From NCBI GenBank assembly GCA_951406725.2, contig OX597823.1, positions 2,790,001 through 2,854,000 of the forward strand: a stretch of DNA of 64,000 bases, read 5' to 3'. Below, in pieces: positions 17,201 to 29,607 of this stretch. Under the pieces are notes generated by a model. That model was not told the DNA's origin, did no database searches, and worked only from the letters and a program-made list of their open reading frames with translations. Source of the DNA: Octopus vulgaris (Eukaryota). The translations under genes and the position numbers were made by a program. How positions within the stretch are numbered: the stretch's first letter is position 1; each line of letters starts with the position of its first letter.

Positions 17201-18351
17201 TATATATATAGTTTATATTTAGCTTTAATAACTACTGCTCAAATATGAGATTTAGTTTTAGGCAATCACCAATATAGTTGATTATTTTAAAATTCTCCTA
17301 CAAAAATAAAATCCAGTCCCATAAGACGCCCTTCCTGCGATAAACGGTATTTCTCCTTTATTCCTAACATGGTCAATTTCCGAAAAAGAAAAAAGAAGGT
17401 GGAGGGGGAAACTATCGTCATAACGTCGTAAAAAAAAAATCAGTTCATATTTTCAAGGGAATGAATTGCGAAGGTAATGATTTCAAGGGGAGTAACTACG
17501 TAATATAGAATTGGAAGGGAGTTAACTCTAGCATGAGTTGTTCATAGCACTTTGTAGAATTTTGTGGGGGAAAATGCAATATTCCTCTCTTCGAAAATCT
17601 GGATGCAAATTTCATATCTGGCTTCAGAATTTGCAATATACGTATTTTCAAATCATATTTAATATGACATGTAGGTATTAAAAGTTGCAAATATATGATA
17701 AAAGCTACAACAGTCATTTCCCCTGTTTTAGAGAAAGCTCTAGACTTTTTTTCCACCTACATTTCGATAGCAATGAAATCTAATGCAAAAAGATACGTGT
17801 AGCTGGATACATTCTCCTCCTGGGGGCACGAAAATACTGCCCGACAATAAAATAACTGATGTCGCTTTGGTAGGATAACCACTTGACAATGGACGCTTGA
17901 ATACAATCCATTTAGAAGGAATTTTAAATTTCTCCCTACTTCTTCAGGAATATCTTTGATTGTCGAAGATCACAAAATTTATCAAATGGATTCCCAAGTG
18001 ACATTTACAAAATCCTATTTAATCAACCGCGAATATATCATTTCAACTAAAATGTATCGCATTAATTGATGTGTTTTCTGTTTCGAATAGGAAAAAGATA
18101 CAAACATGAAGAAATGAATGTAAATTCTTCCAATCCCCAAAAGACGCAAAATAAAATTTTCTTGTGAAGAGAATTTATTGTAGAAACTTTGCAACCACAT
18201 TCGAAGCTGAAGAAATCGATCTGTAAACAAGTGTCCCAGACACTAGACAAATAATCAACATTATAACGAGCTGTTTCAGGTAGAGTTTTGATAAATAGAA
18301 CACAAAACGTATTGTAAGGCAAAATTAATGTTTTATTACTGATTCATCATA

Positions 18352-18465
18352 TAAGGCAAATAGATATGAGTAAGGCAAATAGATATGTGTAAGGCAAATA
18401 GATATGTGTAAGGCAAATAGATATGTGTAAGGCAAATAGATATGTGTAAGGCAAATAGACATGGA
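18352..18465. repeat. 19-bp minisatellite, ~6 copies
   Basis: Unit TAAGGCAAATAGATATGTG repeated head to tail with no spacers. Confidence 0.9.
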
Positions 18466-18529
18466 GTATAGCCCAGATACTTAACTGCTGAAAATATATT
18501 TATTTTGGCACAACTCAGTAATTTCGGGG

Positions 18530-18702
18530 GAATGGTGGTAATTCGATTACATCGACCCCAGTGATCAACTGATATTTATTTCATCGACCCCGAAAGGATT
18601 ACAAGGTAAAGTCAACCTCAGCAGAATTTAAACTCAGAATGTGCAATCGGAAGAAATGCCTCTAAGCATTTTCTCCGGTGTGCTAACGATTCTGCCAGCT
18701 CG
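18530..18702 (-). mobile_element. Decayed tRNA-derived SINE (Meta-domain-like family)
   Basis: ATCGACCCCGAAAGGAT...AAAGTCAACCTC...AACTCAGAA...CTAAGCATTT...GCTAACGATTCTGCCAGCTCG, shared with many copies in the window. Confidence 0.75.
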
Positions 18703-18923
18703 TAATTAAGATATAATGATTTCAAACTTTGACACAAGGTGTGCAGTTTTGAGTGAGGCGGGCGAGTCGATTACATCGACCCCCACAGTTCAAATGCGAC
18801 TTATTTAGTCGACCTTGATTCCTATTGAAAATATAGCGAAATTTCATAAACACCTACAAAACAAATTCGTTTAATTGCATACCCAGTTAATTGCACAGAA
18901 ATTTCAAGTGGAAATAACTACGT

Positions 18924-19075
18924 CATAAGATACGTTAGTTTATAATGATCCTAAAAGATACGTTGGTAGATATAAGATACGTTAGTTTATAATGATATCA
19001 TAAGATACGTTAGTATATATTAGTCTTAAAAGATACGTTGGTATATAATGGTGTTGAAAGATATATTAGTAGATA
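18924..19075. repeat. Degenerate minisatellite
   Basis: Recurring AAGATACGTT(A/G)GT(T/A)TATAAT units. Confidence 0.7.
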
Positions 19076-20077
19076 GTGGTCTACATTTTTTGATATCTTA
19101 AGCAGATTTTTATATTTAATTAAAAACAACAGTCTTTTATTTTATACACCCAAACACACAATGGGTTCAGTTAGGACAAAGACTTTGCTAAATATTGAAT
19201 TTATTCAAATGTTCTTTAATGGGTTTCAATCATTGGATTACGGTTACATTTTGGTTACGTCTTCGTGGATTACAGTCGATTAGGATGATCTCGACCTTTC
19301 CTGTATTTATTATAGTATCGACTTTGGAGCACAACAAAAGTTGAAGTCAGCTTGGTGTAAACTAAAGCAGCAAATATGGATAGAAAACAAGAATGTAACT
19401 GAAGAATTTCGCTATGCCCTGGGAGAGAAGGAAAGTGACATTTCATACAACAAAGCTTGTCGGCTTCATTGGAGTAGGGTTGTCGTCATGGAAATATATT
19501 TCGAATCGAATGCAAATTGCTAATTAAAATATACCCGGTACACAGTCTGTCTTTATGGCTAGAATCCCTCTTCCCCTTCAGTTTTTAAATCTCAAATTAA
19601 CTCAGATGAAACCAATCTTGTTAATTCAAACAGAATTGGAAAATCGAACTTCAACTGGAGAAAAGCACAAAACCACAACATTAACTGAAGATTGCCGAAG
19701 ATTATATAACAGAGAAACAGGAAAATATCTATGGATTAAGTAGAGTTTGAAAGCATCTCCTAATTATCAAATACAATAAATTTGCTGATTATTTAACTGC
19801 TAGATCAGAGATATTCAATAAATGTTGTGCAACAATAAATATCTGCTGAAAATGCAGCAAGTTATACACTAACAAAATGACTGTATCAACCTAATGCTAT
19901 TTGCCAAGGACACGCCCATGCACACCTTCTTTTCTATCAGCAACGGAACTCTTCTTTCTTGAGCTCTACTTTCTCTTTTTATGTCACCTAAAGGAAATGT
20001 CTGTCATGTCATTATATTTTTAAACAATTACGTATATAGGCAGTTAAGGTAAATACCAATTATACACACACACACGA

Positions 20078-20540
20078 ATGTATGTATGTATGTATGTATG
20101 TATGTATGTATCTATGTATGTATGTATGTATGTATGTATGTATGTATGTATGTTTGTATGTATGTATGTATGTATGTATGTTTGTATGTATGTATGTATG
20201 TATGTATGTATGTATGTATGTTTGTATGTATGTATGTATGTATGTATGTTTGTATGTATGTATGTATGTATGTATGTATGTTTGTATGTATGTGTGTATG
20301 TATGTATGTATGTATGTATGTATGTATGTTTGTATGTATGTATGTATGTATGTATGTTTGTATGTATGTATGTATGTATGTATGTATGTATGTATGTATG
20401 TATGTTTGTATGTATGTGTGTATGTATGTATGTATGTATGTATGTATGTATGTATGTATGTATGTTTGTATGTATGTGTGTATGTATGTATGTTTGTATG
20501 TATGTATGTATGTATGTATGTATGTATGTATGTATGTTTT

Positions 20541-20574
<34 letters not shown>

Positions 20575-21340
20575 TGTATGTTTTTATGTATGTATGTATG
20601 TATGTATGTTTGTATGTATGTTTGTATGTATGTATGTATGTATGTTTGTATGTATGTGTGTATGTATGTATGTATGTTTGTATGTATGTATGTATGTATG
20701 TATGTATGTTTTTATATATGTATGTATGTATGTTTGTATGTATGTATGTATGTATGTATGTATGTATGTTTGTATGTATGTGTGTATGTATGTATGTTTG
20801 TATGTATGTATGTATGTATGTATGTATGTATGTATGTTTTTATATATGTATGTATGTATGTATGTATGTTTGTATGTATGTTTGTATGTATGTATGTATG
20901 TATGTTTGTATGTATGTGTGTATGTATGTATGTATGTTTGTATGTATGTATGTATGTATGTATGTTTGTATGTATGTTTGTATGTATGTATGTATGTATG
21001 TATGTATGTGTGTATGTATGTATGTATGTTTGTATGTATGTATGTATGTATGTATGTATGTATGTTTTTATATATGTATGTATGTATGTTTGTATGTATG
21101 TATGTATGTATGTATGTTTTTATATATGTATGTATGTATGTTTGTATGTATGTGTGTATGTATGTATGTATGTATGTTTTTATGTATGTATGTATGTATG
21201 TATGTTTGTATGTATGTATGTATGTTTTTATGTATGTATGTATGTATGTATGTTTTTATATATGTATGTATGTATGTATGTATGTTTGTATGTATGTATG
21301 TATGTATGTTTTTATGTATGTATGTATGTATGTATGTATA
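20078..21340. repeat. Long interrupted (TATG)n microsatellite (~1.26 kb)
   Basis: TATG units with recurring TTTG, TGTG and TTTTTATATA variants; source of the spurious MYVC ORFs. Confidence 0.97.
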
Positions 21341-21749
21341 CATACATGCATACGTACATGCAACCATGCACACACACACATAGACGTATATAAATGTGTG
21401 TGTGTGTGTGTATGTGTGTACATGTGACTATAATTTTTGTTCCTGACATTGATTTTGCAGTGGAGTTAGGAATCCTAACGTCCGTTTGTCGCATCGCCTA
21501 CAAAGACCAATTAAATGCCAGACTGACAATAAAATACTCAAAGTGATGTGATTCACTAAACTCCGAACGTTGTGCTCCATCACGTCCACGACCAAACTCC
21601 GAAATCTGCGAGAGAAGTAAGAGAACATATTATTGTTATTATTATTATTGCTGTTGTTGTTGTTGTTATTATTATTTGTTATTATTATTATTATTATTAT
21701 TTGTTATTATTATTATCGTTATATATTTGCAATATATATATAGATATGA

Positions 21750-21813
<64 letters not shown>

Positions 21814-21823
21814 GCACACACAT

Positions 21824-21938
21824 TCAAATAGCGATAGAGTTAGGAATGAAGGGAGGATACAAGACGTCGTAAGGCCGACCACGGGTTTTATATTTTTCTC
21901 TGAGTTCTTTAGTAATTCTTTTCAGATTCGATTGGAAC
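21824..21938 (-). CDS. Lipoxygenase terminal coding exon (window exon 11)
   Basis: TTTTAG acceptor; FQSNLKRITKELREKYKTRGRPYDVLYPPFIPNSIAI then TGA; the C-terminal Ile is the canonical iron ligand. Confidence 0.93.
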
Positions 21939-22342
21939 CTAAAACAGAAGAAAAGAAACAATGAGAAAGAAAGAAAATTAGAAAGACATAAACAAATACA
22001 CCTCATAACAACAATTACTGCAACATAAATTAAACTTGGTTTATAGACAATCCTTTTATATTTGATAAGATTTCAGTTTGACTCTGTTTTATTGTCTCAT
22101 TTCAGTGAATTTGTAGAAAATCTTTCATCAATAATGAACGAAGTTCTCCAAGTGTTTATATTTCTTGCTGTATTTTCGCATCGACTTTGACTTGTATATT
22201 TGACCACAACCTTTTATATGTTACTTCATATTTGCACATTACCACACAACCTATTATCGCCTAATAATAGATATTCTACCAAAACTACATATTGTCACAC
22301 TTTATCACATTAATCCTACGGTGATACACATTATTACAGACA

Positions 22343-22580
22343 CAGGGTGGGTGGTGCACAAGTAGGTATACAGTTATGAAAAAAAAAAAAACATGTACAA
22401 AATTCATTAATTTTTATCAAAACAATTAAAAGTTACGATAAATGTATTATTATGATTAATGACACTGAGAATATTAAAAATGAGGCTAACTTTTATTATT
22501 AATTTTTTTTAATAAAAATAAATGAGTATTGTAAGAGTTTTCTTTTTTCACGGCTGTATACCTACTTTTGAGCTTTCCTG
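22343..22580. mobile_element. MITE-like element with imperfect terminal inverted repeats (Tc1/mariner-like)
   Basis: CAGG...AAGTAGGTATACAGTTATGAAAAA at the left mirrors TTTTTCACGGCTGTATACCTACTT...CCTG at the right; TA follows the right end. Confidence 0.6.
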
Positions 22581-22939
22581 TAAAACAAAACGTTTCGCAT
22601 TTTGTTATTGATAATACCTAGAAGAAGGTGCTTCTTTTCCCCTCACCAAAGTGAATGGAGCTTTGGCCAAGAGGAACTGATGTCATCACACTGTGTCTCC
22701 AACGATTATCAGATGTTTCCACACTGAACCGTAACACCCTCCTCTTTGTGATTCAGTAGAGGCGGCCAAATCTTTGCTCTTCATCTCCTCCTGGCTTCTA
22801 GCTTAACATCTCTCTCTTGCTCCTTAATCAGCAAGCGGATATTTATTTTCCAGCATTATCACTCAGTATCACAAATTATCACATTGCCCTATATTATCGT
22901 ATCACACAATCACATTAATCCAATCAGATACCACCTAAT

Positions 22940-23348
22940 ATTGGCTTCCAATTTTTGGCACAAGGCCAGCAATTTCAGGGGAGGATGTAAGTCAGTTACA
23001 TCAACCCCAGTGTTTCACTACTAATTCTGCCGACGCCCGAAAGTATGATAAGCAAAGTCAACCTCGACGGAATTTCAACTCAGAACCGGCGAAATACCTA
23101 TTTCTTTATTACCCACAAGGGCCTAAACACAGAGGGGACAAACAAGGACAGACATAGGTATTAAGTCTATTACTTCGACCCCAGTGCGTAACCGGTACTT
23201 AATTTATCGACCCCGAAAGGATGAAAGGCAAAGTCGACCTCGGCGGAATTTGAACTCAGAACGTAACGCAGACGAAATACCGCTAAGCATTTCGTCCGGC
23301 GTGCTAACGATTCTGCCAGTTCGCCACCTTTATAATAATAATAATCAA

Positions 23349-23390
<42 letters not shown>

Positions 23391-23393
23391 TAA

Positions 23394-23428
<35 letters not shown>

Positions 23429-23662
23429 TAATAATACTAATAATAATCCTTTCCACTGGAAGCACACTGCCTCAAATTAGGGGTTAGGGTATAAGTCGAT
23501 TGCATCAACTCCATTGCTTGACTGGTACTTATTAGATCAACCCCGAAAGGATGAAAAGCAAAGTCGACTTCGGCGGAATTTGAACTCAGAACGTAAGGAC
23601 GGACGAAATGCAGCTAAGCACTTCGCCTGGCATGCTAATGATTCTGCCAGCTCGTCGCCTTC
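22940..23662 (-). mobile_element. Cluster of three tRNA-derived SINE copies (Meta-domain-like) around a (TAA)n tract
   Basis: Repeated CCCGAAAGGATGAAAGGCAAAGTCGACCTCGGCGGAATTTGAACTCAGAAC blocks at ~23035-23085, 23210-23330 and 23540-23660. Confidence 0.85.
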
Positions 23663-23769
23663 AGATACTCCCTAATATTGCAAATTATCACATGCATATT
23701 CATACATTATCACTTTACTGTACATGATCACATATCACATATTTCACATAATCGGATATGAATACTTAC

Positions 23770-23934
23770 TCGGCGACGCATTGACGTCCCGCTTGATGAC
23801 GGATATATTTTACATCGAAATTTCCCAGAGGATTGGTTCCTCTTTTGCTCAGGACGCTTGTGACTTTTAAAACATCGAAAATTGTTTTTACCTCAGGCAG
23901 GGCATCCTACGATATCCTTCTCGGTTCTGGGTGC
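23770..23934 (-). CDS. Lipoxygenase window exon 10 (contains a +1 frameshift at ~23906-23907)
   Basis: TATCAG acceptor, GTAAGT donor; APRTEKDIV / DALPEVKTIFDVLKVTSVLSKRGTNPLGNFDVKYIRHQAGRQCVA; 165 nt where flanking phases need 3n+2. Confidence 0.85.
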
Positions 23935-24104
23935 CTGATACACGAAACAATGAAACAAATAAAAAAAGGAAATTAACCTATCAATTCATTCGTTATTGAA
24001 TAGTTTTCTGGGAAAATAATATTATTAGCTTTCAAGTTTTGAGTTTGATATCGACTGAAGGGACACATTGTAAAATAAGTCTATAAAGTGTGTGTGTGTG
24101 TGTT

Positions 24105-24191
<87 letters not shown>

Positions 24192-24670
24192 GAATTAAGT
24201 TAAACACAATCGGTGAAAATTTATCCAAGTGACAAAAACCCCTCATCTACAGATCCTGCAGATTTCAGTACCTTAGAACAGACCCACTAGTTTCTTCAAC
24301 TATTTATCAGTGATGGTTGACAAGAATTGATGATAAATGAGAAATGTGACGGACACTCTGATGGAAATATAATCTTGGGTCTTAGTAACTGGAAAAACGA
24401 GAACAAAACATTAGTCTTTTACAATATATATATATATATATATAAGAAATATTGAATTTCTAAATCTCTCGTAGAGACATGTACGGTGGTGGGGCGATAG
24501 AATGGTTGTATACTGTCAATCTAACAAGAACGTGACAGTAGGGGGTACACCACCGTTGTATAACCCTAGGAGGCATCGAACGCCTCCTGACAGCTTCGAC
24601 ACATTTTTTCCCTGTGTCCTTATATACATATATGAAGGGGAGACAAACACCCCCGGCCGTCGGAACTTCA

Positions 24671-24716
24671 TCTAGGGACACCGTGTTTCAGGATCATTGT
24701 CCTTCATCGGCCTAGA
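24671..24716 (-). ncRNA. Minimal type I hammerhead-ribozyme motif, variant core CCGAUGA
   Basis: Exact reverse complement of 24813-24858; sense to the lipoxygenase pre-mRNA. Confidence 0.65.
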
Positions 24717-24812
24717 GTAGCAGACACCGGTCGGCTGGTAAACTTCACTGAGTATACATATATACAATTATGAAGTCGAGGCAAATATCACCAGCCGACC
24801 GGTGTCTGCTAC

Positions 24813-24858
24813 TCTAGGCCGATGAAGGACAATGATCCTGAAACACGGTGTCCCTAGA
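24813..24858 (+). ncRNA. Minimal type I hammerhead-ribozyme motif, variant core CCGAUGA
   Basis: TCTAGG (stem I) CCGATGA AGGA-caatga-TCCT (stem II) GAA ACAC-g-GTGT (stem III) C CCTAGA (stem I'); GUC triplet at 24850-24852. Confidence 0.65.
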
Positions 24859-25029
24859 TGCAGTTCCAACGGCCGGGGATGTTTGTCTCCCCTTCAAATA
24901 TGTATATAAGTTCACAGGGAAAAAATGTGTCGAAGCTGTCAGTAGGCGTTCGGTGCCTCCTAGAGCTATACAACGGTGGTGTACCCCGTACTGTCACGTT
25001 CTTGTTAGATTGACAGTATACAACCATTC

Positions 25030-25182
<153 letters not shown>

Positions 25183-25252
25183 TGCAAGATAACAGAACAC
25201 ATGAGCAACGATGAACGAAGGAGATATAGCAATGAGGTACAGAAAGTGACGG

Positions 25253-25535
25253 TGTGGGATGACGTCAGCAGCTGGGGAGCTGACCGGAACTTAGGGCTGA
25301 CTGGAAGAGGAAGGGGTAGGAGTGACGCGCGCGCAGGCAGGGCAGCATTGGGCCTTTTCGATCGAGGAAGCCGAGCGAGTCGGACGTGTGAGCTCGTTGT
25401 CAAGGTAGGAGAAAAGCAGCTGCTATTTCTAGTGTTCGGGTCGGGACGCGTGGAAGGGTGCATTACCACTGGGGAGGTCTCCGTCGACGAAGAGAAGGTA
25501 GGTGTCCTTATTTCAAATCTCCCGCATACGCCACA
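25253..25535 (+). repeat. 5' LTR (283 bp)
   Basis: TGTGGGATGAC...TACGCCACA, matches 27560-27825. Confidence 0.9.
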
Positions 25536-26050
25536 AGCAATTTCGGCACTCCATATATGACGTCACCACGATGGCAGTGAAAATCAGGATCACCAGCGAC
25601 ATTATCAGACTCTTTAATGGTGAGGGCGATGTAGTGGCCTGGGTTCGTAAAATCAGGCTGGTGGCGAGACGTTACGAGCGTGGAGACAGTCGACCAAGGC
25701 AGCAACGATTGTCGACTTGAAATCGGCATACTTGCAACTCCATGTGAGCGACAAACTGTGGTGATATGAGCTGGTGCGGTACAAGAGCTGGACGTACTGT
25801 TTAACCAAGCTGGGTTTCGGACTGAACTCCTCTCCGAAGATCATGGCGGCGGTGCTTAAGTCTGTCCTAGGGAAAGAGGACAAGATTAGAAAGGCCACCA
25901 GTTCTTACATAATTACGAGGTAGTTAGACATCTGGAGAAGTTCGGACTGATTGCGAAGCCACCGGAGTCGATGGAAGGGGGAGCGCACAGCGTGCAGTTA
26001 CACCAAGAGACGAGTGGAGGGGGAGAGTTGGGGCGACAAGGTGGGAGAAG

Positions 26051-27528
26051 GTGGCGATGATGCATGAAATCCTAGAGAGGCTGAGAGTGGAAGACCCGGT
26101 CAGGGGGAACTGGTATGTGCCCAAGACGAAATGCGGGACCGTCTGGTGTGATGCTGGCAGTATAGCGATAGGGGTTGTGTTGGCGATCGAAGGTGCTGCG
26201 GTGGAGGACGCGGCCTGGCTTCAGAAAGTAGATGACTTCAACCACATCAATGTCAGCGAATTAGACGCGGTGCTGAAAGGGGTGAACTTGGCCCTGAAAT
26301 GGGGGCTGCGCTCAATTGAAATCCGGACGGATTCAGCCACTGTGCTTGGCTGGGTAGGATCGGTGATCACCGGTGAAAGGAGAGTTCGGACGAAAGGTGC
26401 CGCGGATATGTTGGTGAAGCGTCGTCTAGGAGTTCTAGGAGAATCGATTGCCGAGTTCGGACTGAAGCTGAACGTGGTTTTCATGCCTTCGGAGAAAAAC
26501 AGGGCAGACGCACTGACCAGGGTGAAAAGGGCGTGGTTGGAGGAACCGGAGAAGGCACAGAAAGGGATAGCTGCGGCGTCTCGGTTGGATGACTCCGAAC
26601 TGAAGAGACTGCACGGTATGCATCACTTGGGTGTGGACGGGACTCTGTATCTCGTGAAGAAAATTGATGCTGACATTACTAGGAGAAGCATCCGGAAAGT
26701 GGTCGGGAGCTGTGACAGGTGTCAGTCCATTGACCCTGCTCCGTGTGGGCATGAACAGGGAAGCCTTTCGGTGGAGCACGACTGGAAAAGGCTAGCTGTG
26801 GATGTGATGCACTACCGTCAGGGAATGTATCTCTCCATGGTCGACTGCGGGCCGGGCCGGTTGGCCATTTGGAGGGAGTTGAGATCGGGCATTGCTGACG
26901 AGATTGCGCAGATTTTGAACGGGATATTTTTAGAGAGAGGTCCCGTGGAAGAACTGCTAATGGACAACGGGGCGGCGTTTCGTTCGGAAGCATTGAGGGA
27001 TATGCTCGACCGGTGGAAAGCGCGTCGCTTGTTCAGAGCAGCGTTTAGGCCGAGCGGTAACGGAATCGTGAGAGGCACCATCGGACAATCAAGGCCATAG
27101 CGGAAAGAGGACACATTTCGCCGCTGGAAGCAGTTTTTTGGTACTATATGTCTCCCCGATCCGGAAAAGCTGAAGAATCTGTGCCGCACAGAGCTGTATT
27201 TAAATATGAATGGAGGCACCCGAGTAAAGCGCCGGAGGGCCACAAGGAAATGAAGGGACCCGCTTGCGTGAAAATAGGGGAGGAAGTTTGGGTTAAGCCA
27301 CCGAAGGCGCGCTGTTCGTCTCAATGGAGCAGAGGAACGGTGACGGTGGTCAATTCCAGAAACAACGTCTCCGTGGATGGAATACCACGACATGTCTTGG
27401 ACCTTCGCAGGATTGTCGCTTCGTCAGACGACGATTGTGGAGAGGGGGAGAACGAGGTGACTAGCCTGAGAAGATCTCGACGCGCAAGGCGCCATCCCGG
27501 CTGGATGGTGGACTACAACATGGAGTAG
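26051..27528 (+). pseudogene. Gypsy pol remnant (RNase H + integrase), frameshifted near 27070
   Basis: ORFs 26051-27100 and 27148-27528; RPSGNGIV(E)R motif broken by a frameshift. Confidence 0.85.
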
Positions 27529-27559
27529 AGAGATTGTGATCTTTAAGATCAGGGTGGCG

Positions 27560-27825
27560 TGTGGGATGAAGTCAGCAGCTGGGGAGCTGACCAGAAGAGG
27601 AAGGGGCAGGAGTGATGCGCGCGCAGGCAGGGCAGCATTGGGCCTTTTCGATTAGGGTAGCCGAGTGAGTCGGACGTGTGAGCTCGTTGTTAAGGTAGGG
27701 GAAAAGCAGCTGCTATTTCTAGTGTTCGGGTCGGGCCGCGTGGAAGGGTGCATTACCACTGGGGAGGTCTCCGTCGACGAAGAGAAGGTAGGTGTCCTTA
27801 TTTCAAATCTCCCGCATACGCCACA
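27560..27825 (+). repeat. 3' LTR (266 bp)
   Basis: TGTGGGATGAA...TACGCCACA; 17 bp shorter than the 5' LTR. Confidence 0.9.
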
Positions 27826-28227
27826 GGTTTCTCTGGGAGAGGCAGACTGGACAGAGAAAAAGGAAGAGATGGATGCTGGGAACAGGTGACAGTGTGCAAC
27901 GGAAAAGGTGACAGAGAAGAGAGAGAAAGAGAGAGAACAGAGGAAGGAAGAGAAAAGAACGAGGCAACAATAATTTAAACAGGATTACGATATATCTGTG
28001 TTCGTGTATATGTTTCTGGGTGTGTGTGCGCACCCGCTCGTGCTCACGTATGCTCAACTATTAAGGTCGTCTGGACACCTCCCAGTGTAGACGCGCACAT
28101 TTAACTTTGGACTGCATCCAGAATCAAACCATTCACCGAATGGAGGAGACTTCACAAACCAATACTTCTCAAACTCTTTCCTTCCCAATATATTCTGTTG
28201 CTGCTGTTGCTGTTGCTGCTGCTGCTG

Positions 28228-28258
<31 letters not shown>

Positions 28259-28586
28259 CCCCGCAGTCTTTGTTCCGCTTCATCACCTCCATTTGAATCC
28301 ATACTATTCTCACACAAACTCACTGTCCAGTCGTTCGTTTCCCCACGATAGCATCTTTCCTACTTTATCATACCACATCATCACATGTTATCGCATATTA
28401 ACAGATATTCTCCAAATATCACATATTATTGTACATTGTTATAGATTAACACATTATTACTCGTTATTACACATTATCATATATTATCACATATTTTTTT
28501 TATTATTTATTATCACATATTAACCCATATTAACACTATTAATGTTATCAACAAAAAAAAAGAGAGAGAGAGAGAGAGAAACTTAC

Positions 28587-28769
28587 TTTGTCTTTTAATA
28601 GCGGTGTCCTCAGCATCGATGGATAATTTGGAGGGTAACCATATTCGTCATATTGTAGGAAATCGACAGCAGCATGTGACACACTGCAGGTGAAGATGAT
28701 TACGGACACAATCCATTTCAAGTCCTCCTTTGAAGACACGTGACCCTTATCATCTTTCATTGGTAAACC
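28587..28769 (-). CDS. Lipoxygenase window exon 9
   Basis: AG/GTAAGT boundaries, 183 nt; GLPMKDDKGH...IIFTCSVSHAAVDFLQYDEYGYPPNYPSMLRTPLLKDK. Confidence 0.95.
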
Positions 28770-29341
28770 CTTTAACAGACAATAGAAGATATTTTATATA
28801 CAACTGTATTTAACTATTTAATGATATTAGGAAAAGTCTACATAATCGTTCGATCTGCTAAAATTAACAGCCTAATCTATTCAAATCACACATTGCCGCA
28901 GTGTTTCTCAAAACTCTTTGACTTCAGAATAAACTTCGGATAAAAAAAAGGAATACTGATTCATTTCGCTTTGATTTTCTTTTTAAGTTGTAGATTTTCA
29001 AGAAATAGAATTTTTTTTTTTGTTAATCATACAAATTTATGAAATTTAACTAAATTCTGAGTAATAAGTTCTTCAAGACATTCATTAATTGTATAGATTT
29101 TGTAAAGCATTGTATGATATTTTTTAAAATGTGCAAACCAAAAATTGAAGATCTTAGCCACATTCTTTTCTTTCCTACCCCAGGCACAAGGCCCACTTAG
29201 CCACATCATTGCCAATTGTGAAAGTATGTCTTCTTGTTACTTTCTCCCTTTAAAAGAATTTATTCAATTTATTTCAACTTTTACTTAAGAACAATCGAAA
29301 CCGACAACATAGTTTAATGAAAGTGTAAATATTTTCTTGAT

Positions 29342-29557
29342 TCTCTTTACTCTTTTATTTGTTTAAGTCATTTGACTGTGGCCATGCTGGAGCACCGCCT
29401 TTAGTCGAGCTAATCGACCCAATGACTTATTCTTTGTAAGCCTAGTACTTATTATATCGTTCTCTTTGCCGAACCACTAAGTTACGGGGACGTAAACACA
29501 CCAACTTCGGTTGTCAAGCAATGTTGGCGGGGGACAAACATAGACACACACACATAC

Positions 29558-29560
<3 letters not shown>
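29342..29560 (-). mobile_element. SINE 3' half with CR1-like tail
   Basis: CTCTTTTACTC...TGACTGTGGCCATGCTGGAGCACCGCC...GGGGACAAACA, same as 42428-42630. Confidence 0.8.
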
Positions 29561-29604
<44 letters not shown>

Positions 29605-29607
29605 TAT

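Larger units (their letters stand above)
25253..27825 (+). mobile_element. Internally deleted Gypsy-like LTR retrotransposon with both LTRs
   Basis: Direct repeats TG...CA at 25253-25535 and 27560-27825; RT remnant (VDLKSAYLQL...LGFGLNSSP), RNase H (WCDA, ELDAV, RTDS), integrase (HHLG...CDRC, LAVD, MDNG); purine-rich tract before the 3' LTR. Confidence 0.92.

Noticed and set aside
17300-18330. Possible decayed coding sequence or extra exons
   Set aside because: All frames I read have stops and no motif could be assigned with confidence.
18352-18465. Short direct-repeat array resembling CRISPR
   Set aside because: Repeats are head to tail with no unique spacers, there are no cas genes and the context is eukaryotic. 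It is a minisatellite.
20078-21427. Three overlapping 430-450 aa ORFs (MYVC repeats)
   Set aside because: Translation of the (TATG)n microsatellite, which has no stop codons on this strand. The same applies to the YIYI, HTHT, poly-N/I/L and YLSI ORFs elsewhere.
23184-23393. Recurring peptide YLIYRPRKDERQSRPRRNLNSERN (also 39968 and 58283)
   Set aside because: Antisense translation of a multicopy SINE, not a gene family.
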